From: Candidatus Latescibacterota bacterium
GTDB lineage: Bacteria > Latescibacterota > UBA2968 > UBA8231
Direction: 5' to 3'
Assembly: GCA_965242865.1 (NCBI GenBank)
Contig: CBDETK010000013.1
Span: 2,464,001 to 2,528,000 of the forward strand
Length of the DNA stretch: 64,000 nt
Of the stretch, positions 28,889 through 39,900 are shown piece after piece. The notes below the pieces were generated by a model. The model saw only the letters and a program-made list of their open reading frames with translations, was not told the origin of the DNA and did not search any database. Each line of letters begins with the position of its first letter. Within the stretch, counting starts at the first letter, position 1. The position numbers and the translations under genes are program-made.

Positions 28889-31800
28889 TTGGCTAGCCGA
28901 ACAAGCCTCCGAGTTTTAGACACGGGGACATTCCTTTGTTTTATAGCCTTGCTGCTCACAAGCCCGGTTGCCGCCGAGTCCGAGCGGGAGGCAAGTCTGC
29001 GGCGCACCGTAGAGGCACTCTCCGCCCCGGCCTCGCGCATGACCGGCTATCCGGGGGCCACCGCAGCCCGCGAGTGGCTGATCGCCGAGCTGGAGGGCTT
29101 GGGGATAGCAGAATTCTACCGGCACGAGTTCCCAGTGTTGGTGCCCATCGACGAGGGGTTCTGGCTCGAATGCGCTGGCGAGCGGCTTGAATTGTTCGGC
29201 GTGTGGCCCAATTTGGTGCGGACGCCCACGCTGCCAGCCGAAGGGATTGAGGGGCAGTTGGTGGATGGCGGGGACGGCAGCCGGCTCGAAGGGCAGCCGG
29301 TGGCCGGGCGGATCGTCCTGCTCGACTATGCCTCGGGCACCGCTTGGGTGGATGCGTTCCACTTGGGAGCCGCGGCCGTGGTGTTCTTGGAATCGGCTGG
29401 AGCGCATCGCAAGGAAGCCGAGCAAAAGTTCCTCGACGTGCCGGCCGACTTGCCGCGGCTGTACGCACGTCAAGATGTGGCCGAGCGGTTGCGAATGCTC
29501 GAAAGGGCGCAGGTGCGCTTGCAGGGGCGGATGGCGTGGCAAGAGGTGACGGCGCAGAACGTGGTTGCCGTGATCCCCGGGCGAGATGCAACGCTAAAGA
29601 AGGAAGTCGTTTTTCTCGCCGCGCATTACGACGCGGTGTCGCCAGTGCCCGCGCTCGCGCCCGGGGCCGAGCAAGCGGCGAGCGCGGCCGCGTTGTTGGA
29701 ATTGGCCCGGGGGTTTGCTGCGCAGCCGCCGAAGCGCACGGTCGCGTTGCTGTGGACGGCCGGGCACTTTGAGAACATGGCGGGTATGCGCCATTTCGCG
29801 CCGCTGCTGTTGGCGGCCACAGGGCGGCGCGAGGGGGTCGCGGACTCGGCACTCTTGCAGCGGCTTCGGGCGTTGGAGACGCGCTTTTTTGTCGGCTTGG
29901 ACCTGTCGTTGCACAGCCCGCGGCTCGGAGCGTTCAGGCCGCAAGCCCCGTATCGCGTCTCATTGCTCGCGCCGCCCATTACCGATCGCTTGCTAAAGCA
30001 AGTGACGGCGTACGAGGATTCCGCGTTGGGGGGCCAGCGGGTGCTGGTCAATGGCCTGAAGCAGGACTTTGCCCGCGAGGGGTTGGGGGGCATGGCCCTG
30101 ACGGTGCCATTGGATGCGGCGGTCGCGGCCCTCGCCGGCTGTCCGGCGTTGGCCTTTTGCACGGTCAACGACAGCCGCGCTCGCTTTGACGCGCCCGACG
30201 ACGCGAGCGCGGCATTGCGCTTTGACTGGTTGGCCGGTCAAGTGGCGTTGCTGGGGGCCGTGCTGCCCGCGCTCATAGACGACCCGGCACTGGAGCCGTG
30301 GGCTTGGGGCAACGATGCGTTTGGCACCATTCGCGGGGAGGTGGTCCACTACGGGCCGCGCAGCTATTTGCCGGATCAGCCGACGACCGGGGCGTTGGTG
30401 CGGGTGCGGCTGCGCCAGCCGACGTTGGCTGGGGTGCGGCCGGATTTTTGGGCGGTGGCCGATGATTCGGGGCGGTTTGCCATTCCCGGGGTTGAGTCGG
30501 GCATCATTTACACGCAGCCGGTGCGGTTGGAAGCGTATCGGCTCGATGCGGAGACCGGAGCGGTGACGGATGCGCCGGACTGGGGGATCAATGGGGAGCG
30601 CAAGTTGCCCGGGCGGGCGTTGACGGTGCTGATGGATGCGGCCGAGGAAGAGGTGCAGATCGTCACCGCTCCGCTGCGGGGGACGACGCTGTTTGGGATT
30701 TTTGATCCGCGCAATTTGTTGACCTTGGAACGCGTACAAGCGATTGACGCGGTGCTCGAAGCCGAGCCCGTGGTGTACGGGGCCTGCCTGCCGCTGACGG
30801 CCCCGGAAGTGGAGTTGTTCAGCTATGCGAATCGGGTGGGGTCGTGGACCGAGCCGGTCGGCGTACTTTTTACGCGGCCGGCCGCGCGGTTCAAGGCCGT
30901 GATGGCTACGGGTCGCTATGGGTTGGGGCGACGCCTGCTGTTGCTCAATGGGACGCGGGACGCTCCGAGCGGAGTGGGGTATGCGGTGGACGGGAGGGGG
31001 CGCGTCGTGGACACGGTCTATCGGGCGGCTTCTGATATGCACGTGCTCAATGGCGAGCGGATTGACCGGCTGGAGCGACACGGCGTGCGGAACGAGCGAC
31101 TGGCGGCCTTTCACGAGCGGTCCGCCGGGTTGCTCAAAGCAGCCGCCGCCGCGCGCGCCGAGCATCGGCACCAAGACTTTGTCGATCGGGCGCGCCGCGC
31201 TTGGGCACTGGCCGCGGCCGCGTATCGGGATGTGGAGCGCACCCAAGCAGGAGTGGTGCAAGGCGCGCTCTTTTTGTTGGCTGTGTTGATTCCCTTTGCC
31301 CACTTTGCCGAGCGGTTGGCGTTTGGGTTTGCCGATTTGCGGCGGCAGGTATTGGGGTATTTCGCGCTCTTTTTCGTCGGCTTTGTCGCCCTGCGCTATG
31401 TGCATCCGGCCTTTGAGTTGTCGATCTCGCCGGCGATCATCTTGCTCGGCTTCGTCATCTTGGCGTTGGGGATTTTGGTCGCGTTTTTGGGGATGGCGCG
31501 GTTGAATCGGGAGTTGCAGGCGTTGGGCGCGCTCGACCGAGGGGTCGCGGTACAGCGGTCGGGCGCGGTGCTGACCTCAATCGCCGTGGGGTTGGCGCAT
31601 TTGCGGCGGCGGCCGTGGCGCACCGGGCTGACCTGCGCGACGCTGGTGCTGTTGACCTTTGCCGTGCTGTCCTTCACGTCAATTCGCGCCGCGCTGCACA
31701 CCAATTGGATTGCGATTGGCGCGGACGCGGCGTACGAGGGCGCGTTGGTGCGGATGCCGGGCTGGCAGGCCATGGAGCTGGAAGGCTACGACCTGTTGCG

Positions 31801-33271
31801 CGATTGGTTTGGCGCGGAGCAGGTCGCGCCGCGGGCGTGGCTGGCGGTCCCATCGCTGGCGTCGTCCTATCGGGTCGAGCGGGATGACGCGACCGACCGA
31901 GCGGTGGGGGTCTGGGGATTTGTCGGGCTGGCAGCGCAGGAAGAGCGTTTGCTCGGGCCGGCCGTGGTCGCTGGGCGGTGGCTGCGGCCCGGGGAAGAAG
32001 ACGCCTGCCTGTTGCCCGTGGGCTTGGCCGATTCTCTGGGGATACGTGCAGCGGGGTTGGAGCGGGTGCGGGTTTTTGGGGAAGTGTTTCGGGTGGTTGG
32101 GTTGCTCGCCGATGACGCGCTGGACCGGCTCGATCTAAATGGCGAGCCCCTGACCCCGTTGGACCCAGAGGCGCAACAACCTTCGGAAGCCGAGGTGGGA
32201 CGGGGGCAGGGCGGGAAGCTGCGGCCGTTTGCCCATTTGCCGGCCTCGGCAACGCCGGTTTTGCCGTTTGCCGCGCTGATTCGCTGGGAAGGGGCGCGGC
32301 TGGCGTCGGTGGGGATCGGGCTGGATGGAACCCCGGAGGACGTTCGCGCTGCGCTGACAGAGTTGGCGGCGACGTTGGATTTGAACTTGTTCGCCGGCCT
32401 TGCGGGACAGTGCTTGCTCGTCAATTCGGTTGGGGTGGCGTCCGTGTCTGGGTGGGGGTCGCTGATCGTGCCGCTCTTGATCGCCGCGTTGATCGTGTTC
32501 AACACAATGCTCGGGGCCGTGTACGAGCGGACGCAGGAAATCGGCACCTTTAACGCGGTGGGCTTAGCTCCCGGGCACGTTAGTGGGCTGTTCATGGCCG
32601 AGGCCGTGGCTTTGGGCGTGGTCGGCACGGTCGCGGGTTATTTGCTGGGGCAGGGCGCGGCCCAGCTTTTGAGCCAAGGGGGATTTTTGCCCGGCTTGGA
32701 GCTGAATTACTCGTCGCTGGGGGCGGTGCTCACGGTCGGCGCGATCGCCCTGTTGGTGGTGGCGTCCGCGCTCTACCCAGCGCGCATGGCCGGGCGAATC
32801 TGCACCCCGGGGATTGAGCGGCAGTGGAAGCTGCCGGTTGTCGAGGGCGCACAGTTGCGCGTGCAACTGCCCTTTTCGCTGGCGCGGCGCGAAGCCCTCG
32901 GCATGGCGGCGTTTCAAGCGGAATCGTGGGCAGCGCATCAGGAGCAGTCGATCGGGGCGGGATTTTATGTCGAGGCCCTACAAGTGGAACAGGTGGGGGA
33001 TCGGGTGCGCGTGGCAGCGCAGGTGTGGTTGGCCCCGTTTGACCAAGGCGTGGTGCAAAAGACCGCGATGGAGATCGCGCCCGGGGCGGACCCGCACTAC
33101 TGCGACATCCACGTTGACTTGGCGTTGGTCGCGGGCGATCTGGCGACGTGGCAGCGGGTGGTACGCACCTTTTTGGACGACGTGCGCAAGCAGTTCTTGA
33201 TCTGGCGCACCTTGTCTGCGGAGAGCCGCCGCTACTACGCCGAGCAGTTGCCGCAGTGGGAGAAGGGCTGA
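28889..33271 (+). CDS. M28-peptidase-like / FtsX-permease fusion membrane protein
   Basis: SRMTGYPG, NVVAVIPG, LAAHYD, APGAEQ (M28/PA-like); later LRRRPWRTGLT, a MacB-like periplasmic domain and VYERTQEIGTFNAVGLAP (FtsX). Start codon uncertain. Confidence 0.8.
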   Translation: MASRTSLRVLDTGTFLCFIALLLTSPVAAESEREASLRRTVEALSAPASRMTGYPGATAAREWLIAELEGLGIAEFYRHEFPVLVPIDEGFWLECAGERLELFGVWPNLVRTPTLPAEGIEGQLVDGGDGSRLEGQPVAGRIVLLDYASGTAWVDAFHLGAAAVVFLESAGAHRKEAEQKFLDVPADLPRLYARQDVAERLRMLERAQVRLQGRMAWQEVTAQNVVAVIPGRDATLKKEVVFLAAHYDAVSPVPALAPGAEQAASAAALLELARGFAAQPPKRTVALLWTAGHFENMAGMRHFAPLLLAATGRREGVADSALLQRLRALETRFFVGLDLSLHSPRLGAFRPQAPYRVSLLAPPITDRLLKQVTAYEDSALGGQRVLVNGLKQDFAREGLGGMALTVPLDAAVAALAGCPALAFCTVNDSRARFDAPDDASAALRFDWLAGQVALLGAVLPALIDDPALEPWAWGNDAFGTIRGEVVHYGPRSYLPDQPTTGALVRVRLRQPTLAGVRPDFWAVADDSGRFAIPGVESGIIYTQPVRLEAYRLDAETGAVTDAPDWGINGERKLPGRALTVLMDAAEEEVQIVTAPLRGTTLFGIFDPRNLLTLERVQAIDAVLEAEPVVYGACLPLTAPEVELFSYANRVGSWTEPVGVLFTRPAARFKAVMATGRYGLGRRLLLLNGTRDAPSGVGYAVDGRGRVVDTVYRAASDMHVLNGERIDRLERHGVRNERLAAFHERSAGLLKAAAAARAEHRHQDFVDRARRAWALAAAAYRDVERTQAGVVQGALFLLAVLIPFAHFAERLAFGFADLRRQVLGYFALFFVGFVALRYVHPAFELSISPAIILLGFVILALGILVAFLGMARLNRELQALGALDRGVAVQRSGAVLTSIAVGLAHLRRRPWRTGLTCATLVLLTFAVLSFTSIRAALHTNWIAIGADAAYEGALVRMPGWQAMELEGYDLLRDWFGAEQVAPRAWLAVPSLASSYRVERDDATDRAVGVWGFVGLAAQEERLLGPAVVAGRWLRPGEEDACLLPVGLADSLGIRAAGLERVRVFGEVFRVVGLLADDALDRLDLNGEPLTPLDPEAQQPSEAEVGRGQGGKLRPFAHLPASATPVLPFAALIRWEGARLASVGIGLDGTPEDVRAALTELAATLDLNLFAGLAGQCLLVNSVGVASVSGWGSLIVPLLIAALIVFNTMLGAVYERTQEIGTFNAVGLAPGHVSGLFMAEAVALGVVGTVAGYLLGQGAAQLLSQGGFLPGLELNYSSLGAVLTVGAIALLVVASALYPARMAGRICTPGIERQWKLPVVEGAQLRVQLPFSLARREALGMAAFQAESWAAHQEQSIGAGFYVEALQVEQVGDRVRVAAQVWLAPFDQGVVQKTAMEIAPGADPHYCDIHVDLALVAGDLATWQRVVRTFLDDVRKQFLIWRTLSAESRRYYAEQLPQWEKG

Positions 33272-33332
33272 AACCAGAGCCAGATTTTTCAAAAACAGGA
33301 GGTCTTGTGTTCTGAACCAACTTTGATTGTTG

Positions 33333-36308
33333 TCAGACCACTACGACACGAAGGGCATTCAGGCAGAATACATCTTCATCCCAAAGCTCATACTGGGCGC
33401 ATTGCGTGAGTACTTGGTCTTTGGCTTTCTCGAATAGAGGTTCAGCGTACTCAAAGGGTAGTACTTCCTTTGTTGACATTATCTTCGCTTCGGCCAACGC
33501 CGAAACGATTCGCTGCGTAGCTTCCTCTGAATCAACCGTCCCATCATCATGCACGAATACAGGAATGAACTCGAAGAAGGTGCTCTCACCATCTTGGGTT
33601 TCTTTTGAGACCTTCACAGTGAAGTTGAAGAGCGTACCATTGCCCGATGGAAATGATAAGAGCCGGGCCACTCTTGAACACGCCAAGCCGCCGAAGTCAA
33701 CAGAGCCGCAATATTTCAGTACCGCGTTAGTGAACGGGTGCCCAATCGCCATAAATTCTACCTCAGATCTACGGATGGCCGCCGCTCTGTCAAAGGTCAC
33801 CTTCTCGTAGCGCTGCTTCAGTCCTTCTATTCCTTTTAGACTATCCGGCAGGAGAAATTCAAATATCCCCTCTTCGGATTCGGTTACTTTACGACCCGCA
33901 CGCCTGACGAACTCCAAAACAAACTTTTTTACATCTTCAAGGCTAAGAGAACTCTGTACTTCGCGCTTGAAGCGGTCGGGATTGAAGGGAGCGATGTCCT
34001 TACTGAATAGGCTGGCATAGGCAATCTCGTAAGATTTTTCGGCTTTCTTTACCGCCTTGTCAATTTCCTGTTGTGAAGGCTTAATATTTCCCTTGGCCAA
34101 ACCATCTCGGTAAATTTTTTCATAATTTAGATGCTCCTCAAATAGACCGAGCAAACCTTCTTCGATTTCGGTAGGAGTCTCACCGGTCACTCCTGACAAT
34201 CGACTCGCCGCAGTCTTGGTCTTCTCCTCGAGATATGCCCGAACCTTGTCTTCAATGGTTCCCGCGTTTTGGAAGTTGAAGACTTGTACCCGCTTGTCCT
34301 GACCGTACCGATAGAGCCGGCCATACCTCTGTGCCAACCGGAACGGGTTCCATGGGAGATCGTAGTTGACCATTACGTGAGCGAACTGGAGATTGATGCC
34401 TTCGCCACCCGCTTCAGTAGATACTAGGAAACGCACTTTCGGATTATCGCGAAACTCAGCGATACTTTTTTTCTTGTCCCACATAGACATCCCGCCGCGG
34501 ATTTTGGCCGTGCAGCCTTTCCCGTAATCCTTCTCCAAGAGTTCTACGAGAAAGTCTTGAGTTGCCAAGTACTCAGTAAAGACTAGAACCGGCTGGTTTG
34601 GGTCTTCGCTACTCACAGACCTAATCACCTCCGATAGCTTGTCCTGCTTTGCATCGCTGGGCACATCCATAGCAAGGAGATCCTTCAGCATTTCCACTTC
34701 TTTATCAACGAATGCTTGGCGATCTTGCTCTGCTTGGTGCGTCTCGAACTCCCCTTCGTGCCGGGCGTCGTATTCGGCTTTGTCCCCGTCTTCCTTCTCC
34801 TTGGTAATTTCCTGAAGGTTAGCAACGCGCTTTTCAAGGGCACTCTTGATGGCTCGCGTACTGCTAGCCGCCAATTTTTGGAACGTCGTCATGACGAACC
34901 CAATGGCTTTGTGTTGTGTATCACCTGGGTCTTGATCTGCGAAGCCATAGCCTTCTCGAAGGTAGGATTCCAGTTCTTTGTGGAACTGCTTTTCTCCATC
35001 ATCCAAGAGATCAACACGCACTGGATGAACGTCTATACCCTTGAAGATCGGATTTCCCTCTGCATCGGTCACCTTACTCTTGCGGTTGCGAAGGATGAGG
35101 TCTGTGAAGGGTACTGACCCATTCCTCTTACTCTCGGTGGCGATTTCCTTGAAGGTCACCTTAGAGTGTAGTAGAGATACCAAATGCTGGAATTTCGATT
35201 CGTCTCCCTGATGCGGCGTCGCGGTTAGCAGAATCAGTGCTTTACAGCGTTCCTGTAGATCTTCTGCTAGACGGTAATTTAAGGTCTTTTCCGTTTTTTT
35301 AGATGACCATGTCTTCGCCGAGAGTTTATGGGCCTCGTCAAAGATGATCACGTCCCAATTACGAGAGCCGAGCAGCATCGTTTTATGCCCGTCTCGCCGG
35401 CCGCCCTTTCTAGGGCGGTCCAACTTCAGCGTATCCACCGACGCGATCAGATAATCGATTTGGTTAAACGCGAGTTGCCCATCTACATCCTCACGATATA
35501 CGGCGAATTTTAGGTCGAACTTGTCCTCCATCTCCTCCTGCCATTGCAGCGTCAAACCCGCTGGCGGCACGATCAGCACTCGCCGCGCCTGACCTCGCTG
35601 ACGCAGCGCGTAGAGGATCATTCCTGTTTCGATGGTCTTGCCCAGCCCGACCTCATCCGCAATCAGATAGCGTCTCCGTGGGCTGGAAACCACTTTGTGC
35701 GCCACGCTGATCTGATGAGGCAATAAGTCCGTCCGTGCGTCCCCGAGTTGCCCATCCCGATTGCAAATCAATAATTCAGCCGCCCGCGTCCGTAGGTCAA
35801 AACGCCAAGGATCGTCGAATTCGTTGTTTTCTAGTCGTTCCAGCGGCGATTTGATGGCGCGGAGTTCGGCGACTTTCAGGATACGAAGTTCGGTCAAGTA
35901 GGGAGGCTTGGAGAAGACGGTTGGTTGAAACACTACCCTAGCTAGTTCGCCGCGGACTTCCTGAACCACGCCAATGCCGCTGTCCGCGTATAGTGGATTG
36001 GTACTAATTGCCCACGAATTTTTATGAATCACTGCTTTCCCTCCTTTGATTGCTGTGTCGGCAGCAAGGTCGCCCAATACGAAACGTCCTCTTTCAGTAG
36101 CGTCTAGGCGTCCCTCGGATTCCTCCAAAAAGCCAGCCGTGACAAGCGTTCCAATCGCTTCTTCAACCGACCCCTCGAAATCAAAATGCGTGGAGAAGTC
36201 GTTGATATGTCGGCAAAGGCCCGCCGATACGGAATACAAGAGAAACATCGTTTCCTTATCCTGCATTGCGTAGGCTGCTTCCCAATCGATCTTCTCTCTG
36301 TCGGGCAT
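33333..36308 (-). CDS. SNF2/RapA-like SF2 helicase with N-terminal wHTH-like segment
   Basis: IADEVGLGKT, DEAH, LTATPHQG, STEAGGEGINLQ, YDLPWNP, QRYGRLYRYGQ. ATG 36308 overlaps the upstream stop (TAATG). Confidence 0.92.
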   Translation of the reverse strand: MPDREKIDWEAAYAMQDKETMFLLYSVSAGLCRHINDFSTHFDFEGSVEEAIGTLVTAGFLEESEGRLDATERGRFVLGDLAADTAIKGGKAVIHKNSWAISTNPLYADSGIGVVQEVRGELARVVFQPTVFSKPPYLTELRILKVAELRAIKSPLERLENNEFDDPWRFDLRTRAAELLICNRDGQLGDARTDLLPHQISVAHKVVSSPRRRYLIADEVGLGKTIETGMILYALRQRGQARRVLIVPPAGLTLQWQEEMEDKFDLKFAVYREDVDGQLAFNQIDYLIASVDTLKLDRPRKGGRRDGHKTMLLGSRNWDVIIFDEAHKLSAKTWSSKKTEKTLNYRLAEDLQERCKALILLTATPHQGDESKFQHLVSLLHSKVTFKEIATESKRNGSVPFTDLILRNRKSKVTDAEGNPIFKGIDVHPVRVDLLDDGEKQFHKELESYLREGYGFADQDPGDTQHKAIGFVMTTFQKLAASSTRAIKSALEKRVANLQEITKEKEDGDKAEYDARHEGEFETHQAEQDRQAFVDKEVEMLKDLLAMDVPSDAKQDKLSEVIRSVSSEDPNQPVLVFTEYLATQDFLVELLEKDYGKGCTAKIRGGMSMWDKKKSIAEFRDNPKVRFLVSTEAGGEGINLQFAHVMVNYDLPWNPFRLAQRYGRLYRYGQDKRVQVFNFQNAGTIEDKVRAYLEEKTKTAASRLSGVTGETPTEIEEGLLGLFEEHLNYEKIYRDGLAKGNIKPSQQEIDKAVKKAEKSYEIAYASLFSKDIAPFNPDRFKREVQSSLSLEDVKKFVLEFVRRAGRKVTESEEGIFEFLLPDSLKGIEGLKQRYEKVTFDRAAAIRRSEVEFMAIGHPFTNAVLKYCGSVDFGGLACSRVARLLSFPSGNGTLFNFTVKVSKETQDGESTFFEFIPVFVHDDGTVDSEEATQRIVSALAEAKIMSTKEVLPFEYAEPLFEKAKDQVLTQCAQYELWDEDVFCLNALRVVVV

Positions 36309-36904
36309 TAGTTCGATCTCCCTGACTGATGGCGATAAGCAATACTTCGTCTTGCCCCCACGCGTTTGCAGGCTTGCCTCAGCACGTTGCAATCCGCGAC
36401 ATCTCCCTGCTGATACCAATGAACGCTGCCATATCCTTCGCCCAATTCCCACAAAGCCCCTTGGCCAGCATAGCCAGCCTTGTATGACTCCGGTGCCATG
36501 ACATAGACCTTATGAGCTACATCTGGACGAACACATAAATCGCACACTTCAGCCAGCGCACCGGGCGAGCCCTCAATAAGGACAATAATGAAATCGGCAT
36601 TCTTCGCTTGTGCAAACTCTTTACTCGTCTCCGAACGCTCTAGGTCGCAACCCAAGTTGACAAGGTCCTCGCTGAACATGGCATTGTGGCCGTCTTCAAT
36701 AAGCTGATTGCCAATATCTTTTCGTTTCTTAGCGATAGGGGTGTCCTCGTCGGGTGACATACCCCAAACTAGGATATTGAAGACAACATCTTTTTCCTTT
36801 TCTAGTTGTTCCTCAACTCCTCGCTCGAAATTTCTCCGCGCCCGCTTTGCAGCTTCCGTCTTTAGTGCAGACAATACAGGACGGTTTCTATCCTTCTCCG
36901 CCAT
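36308..36904 (-). CDS. Nucleoside-deoxyribosyltransferase (NDT)-like flavodoxin-fold protein, resembling retron effectors
   Basis: ILVWG...AMFSEDL...E...ADFIIVLIEGSPGALAE resembles the 'ADxIxxxxESPGSxxE' pattern of NDT-like/St85-type retron effectors; GGAGG RBS. Confidence 0.6.
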   Translation of the reverse strand: MAEKDRNRPVLSALKTEAAKRARRNFERGVEEQLEKEKDVVFNILVWGMSPDEDTPIAKKRKDIGNQLIEDGHNAMFSEDLVNLGCDLERSETSKEFAQAKNADFIIVLIEGSPGALAEVCDLCVRPDVAHKVYVMAPESYKAGYAGQGALWELGEGYGSVHWYQQGDVADCNVLRQACKRVGARRSIAYRHQSGRSN

Positions 36905-36971
36905 ACTTCCGCCTCCAAAATGAAAAAATATATCTTTTTATTGTACTGAATTGTGCTCCTGGCATATCTTC

Positions 36972-39900
36972 CTACTTACCGGGCAGTTCCTTCCGAATGG
37001 CTTTTAGTTCGTCGTCGGTGATACCCCATATTTTGGCCGCGAGTTTGTCTATTTCACATTCGAGGATCGGAATTTCTTCCATTCGGTTGTTTTTTCTTGC
37101 AGCGTGGCACTGGCTTGATAGGTCCGACAAGGTGCTGTGAATTGTGTCTTTTGGGTTGAAACGCGGTATGCTGACCGTATTCAGAATGAGTGGCTGACCG
37201 AAGCTCTTTCCGGTAGAAGATACAGAATGTAACAATACGGCTGGCGATGAGTTTCCACATGCGCTAAAGAAAAATGCTTCCTTAACGTTCTGAAAGGAAC
37301 AAATGGTCACGACATGTTGTGTCAAGGGAACCTTCAGGCCAAGACTGGGATCATCAAAAGGCAGGCAAAGTGCCATCTCTATATGTGGAATAAATTGTCT
37401 CCAGAAAACCTTGATAGGCTGCACGGTATAAGGTCCGACATTGTACATAGAGTAAAAAGGGGCGGTCGGCTTGAAATACTTGCGATAGCCTGAACGCCCG
37501 CGTAGCGTCCCGCGTTTAGGTTTTTTTCGATTACCTTCAAATTGTTTCAGGTACGCGTAGGTCTTCGGCCAGCGGAGTTTCATTTTGGCTTCGGGAATGC
37601 CTTTTCTTGTTTGTGGATCTTGAGCCAGAATGATATGCGCTGAAGGCGCGGCATGCCAGCGGCGAACGTCTCTTCCGCGCAGCAGGGGATATACCAAGTC
37701 CGGCTCAATGACAGCCTGTACGTATTTGACCTCAATTCTACCGACATTATTCAGGTTCTCGATTAGTAATTCGCCGTTGGGAAGCACTTTTACTATGCTG
37801 ATCCAATAGACACTATTCAGCCACGTACAGCAGCCCGCATACGCTCGATAATCGCTCGGTCCGATCACCTTCTGAATGCCGGAAAGAGCCTGTTTCGGGG
37901 CCGTAAGCCACGGAGATGAGTCTTTAGAGGCGACAACTGGTATGGCCTCTATTTTCTTTTGAGTCGTCGCGTTGAGAACGCTTGGAAGCGATTCATCTTG
38001 AACAATGCGCGACGGATACCCGGTCCATACTGTGTACTTTACGGGGTATTGGAAGGATTGCGGCGTCTTTTGGCAGGCAAAGACGGCAGTAAGGTTGGTC
38101 GCGCCTTCAAAAACCTGCAAGGCACTCAGGTCGTGGACAGTGAGGGGTTTCAGGTACCATAGCGTTTCCAGTTTTTGCGGGTCGTGGTTGTATCTGAGCC
38201 TGCGGAAACCATCGCCGGCCCCTTGGGTCTTGAATACGCTCTGCGTAATGACAAAACCGAGCTTGCCACCTTCGTCTAGATAATTGTCCACAGAGGAATA
38301 CGTAAATAGCATGGAGAGGTCTTTCTTGCCGCCGCCCAAGCGACCTTCAGACCCCGACAGTGTGAACAGATTGTATCTCTCCCAGAGCGGTTTCATATCG
38401 TCGCGGTAGCCTTCGGGCAAGTTTTCCCAATTCACCCACGGCGGATTGCCGGCCACATAATCCACCTTGCCAATGAACAGGGGCGCGAAAGCGTTTTTGA
38501 TGATACGCGCCCAAATGCCATTTTGATTGCTGCTGTCGAGTTGCTGGAGTTTGCGGTAGAGCACCTCGTGAAGTTCAGCCTGTGTCGCAGGAATAGCTTC
38601 AGCCGCACAACGTTGGAGAAACTCCTCGGCCGAATAGCCGTTGCGGATGCAAAATTCAAGCGTATTGGCGTATAGGCCAATATACTCGCGGCTTGCGGTT
38701 ACTTCCGAGGGAATGTAAAACTCGCCAGCACTCGTTTTGAGTTCCTGCGTACTGCCGATTCTACCAGTTAAAAGGCTGCCGTATTGCGAGGGCGTCATGA
38801 TCGAATCGCACAAATAGACGGGCAACTCGACGGTGGCAGCGTGGCGCATAAGGTCGCGGACAGCCAGCAGATAGTTAGTCCGGGCGGCCATGACAGCGAG
38901 TGGATTGAGGTCGAAGCCGATAATGTTCCGCAAAATTTTGCGTAGCAGCTCGTCTTCGCCAAAGCCGCATTCGTGGCGGTGGTCGTCATACCAAGTTTTG
39001 ACGCGGTTCAATGCCATGACCAGAAAGGTGCCCGAACCACAGGCCGGGTCGAGCAGCCGCTTGTCCGGGTTGCCGTCGTAGCCGAGTTCGTTGAGCACGA
39101 GGTCGGCCAGCCAATCGGGCGTGTAGTATTCGCCGAGGTCGTGGCGGACGGATTTGGGGAAGAGCTGCTGGTATAGTTGCTTGAGCAAGTCGCGGGATTC
39201 AGCGGGATCGACGCTCAGGGTGGTCGGATCAAAGCGGTCAAACGATTGCGTCATAACGCGGACAGCCTTGGCGCAGTCCTCGTTCCAAGCGTCGAGATAC
39301 CAAGAGAAGAGGTCGCCTTCGAGAAAGTTGCGGATGCCGAGTTGCGACCAGATGCCGCCCTGTTCGAGGTTCTGCAACTCGTCCCGCAATTTGTCCGAGG
39401 TCGGCGCGGAAACGAGTTTCTTGAGCGTCGAGGTTCCCAGCGGCGAAAAGGAAGCGACGATTTCCGCAGCGAGCATCTTCATAAAGAGGGCATAGTAAGT
39501 GTGAACGGCGAACAGGAGTTCGGCTGACCGAGAGTTGGGCACCTGATAGTGATCGGCCAACTTCTGAACTTTGGCATTCTGGCCGTGGATGTCATAGCCG
39601 CAGACCTCACCAAAGAGAATTTGCCATTGGCGGAAGAAGGTCTGGGCCTTGGATCTGTGGGTCGTGTGGATGAGGCCATAGATGAGTCGGACACCATCTT
39701 GTGCGCTTTTGCTCTCGGAGCCGAAGTCGTTAGCCAAATTCTCCGGCGTAAAGGAGATCCCACTAGCTCCCAGCGACACAATCGCCCGCAGCAGGCGTTG
39801 GACCGTATGCGGCGTAACGGGCTGCGGATCCTCGGCGTCGAGCTTGGCTCCGCGCTTCCGTACAAAGACAATCGTGTCGCCATCGCAGCCCACGCCAAGG

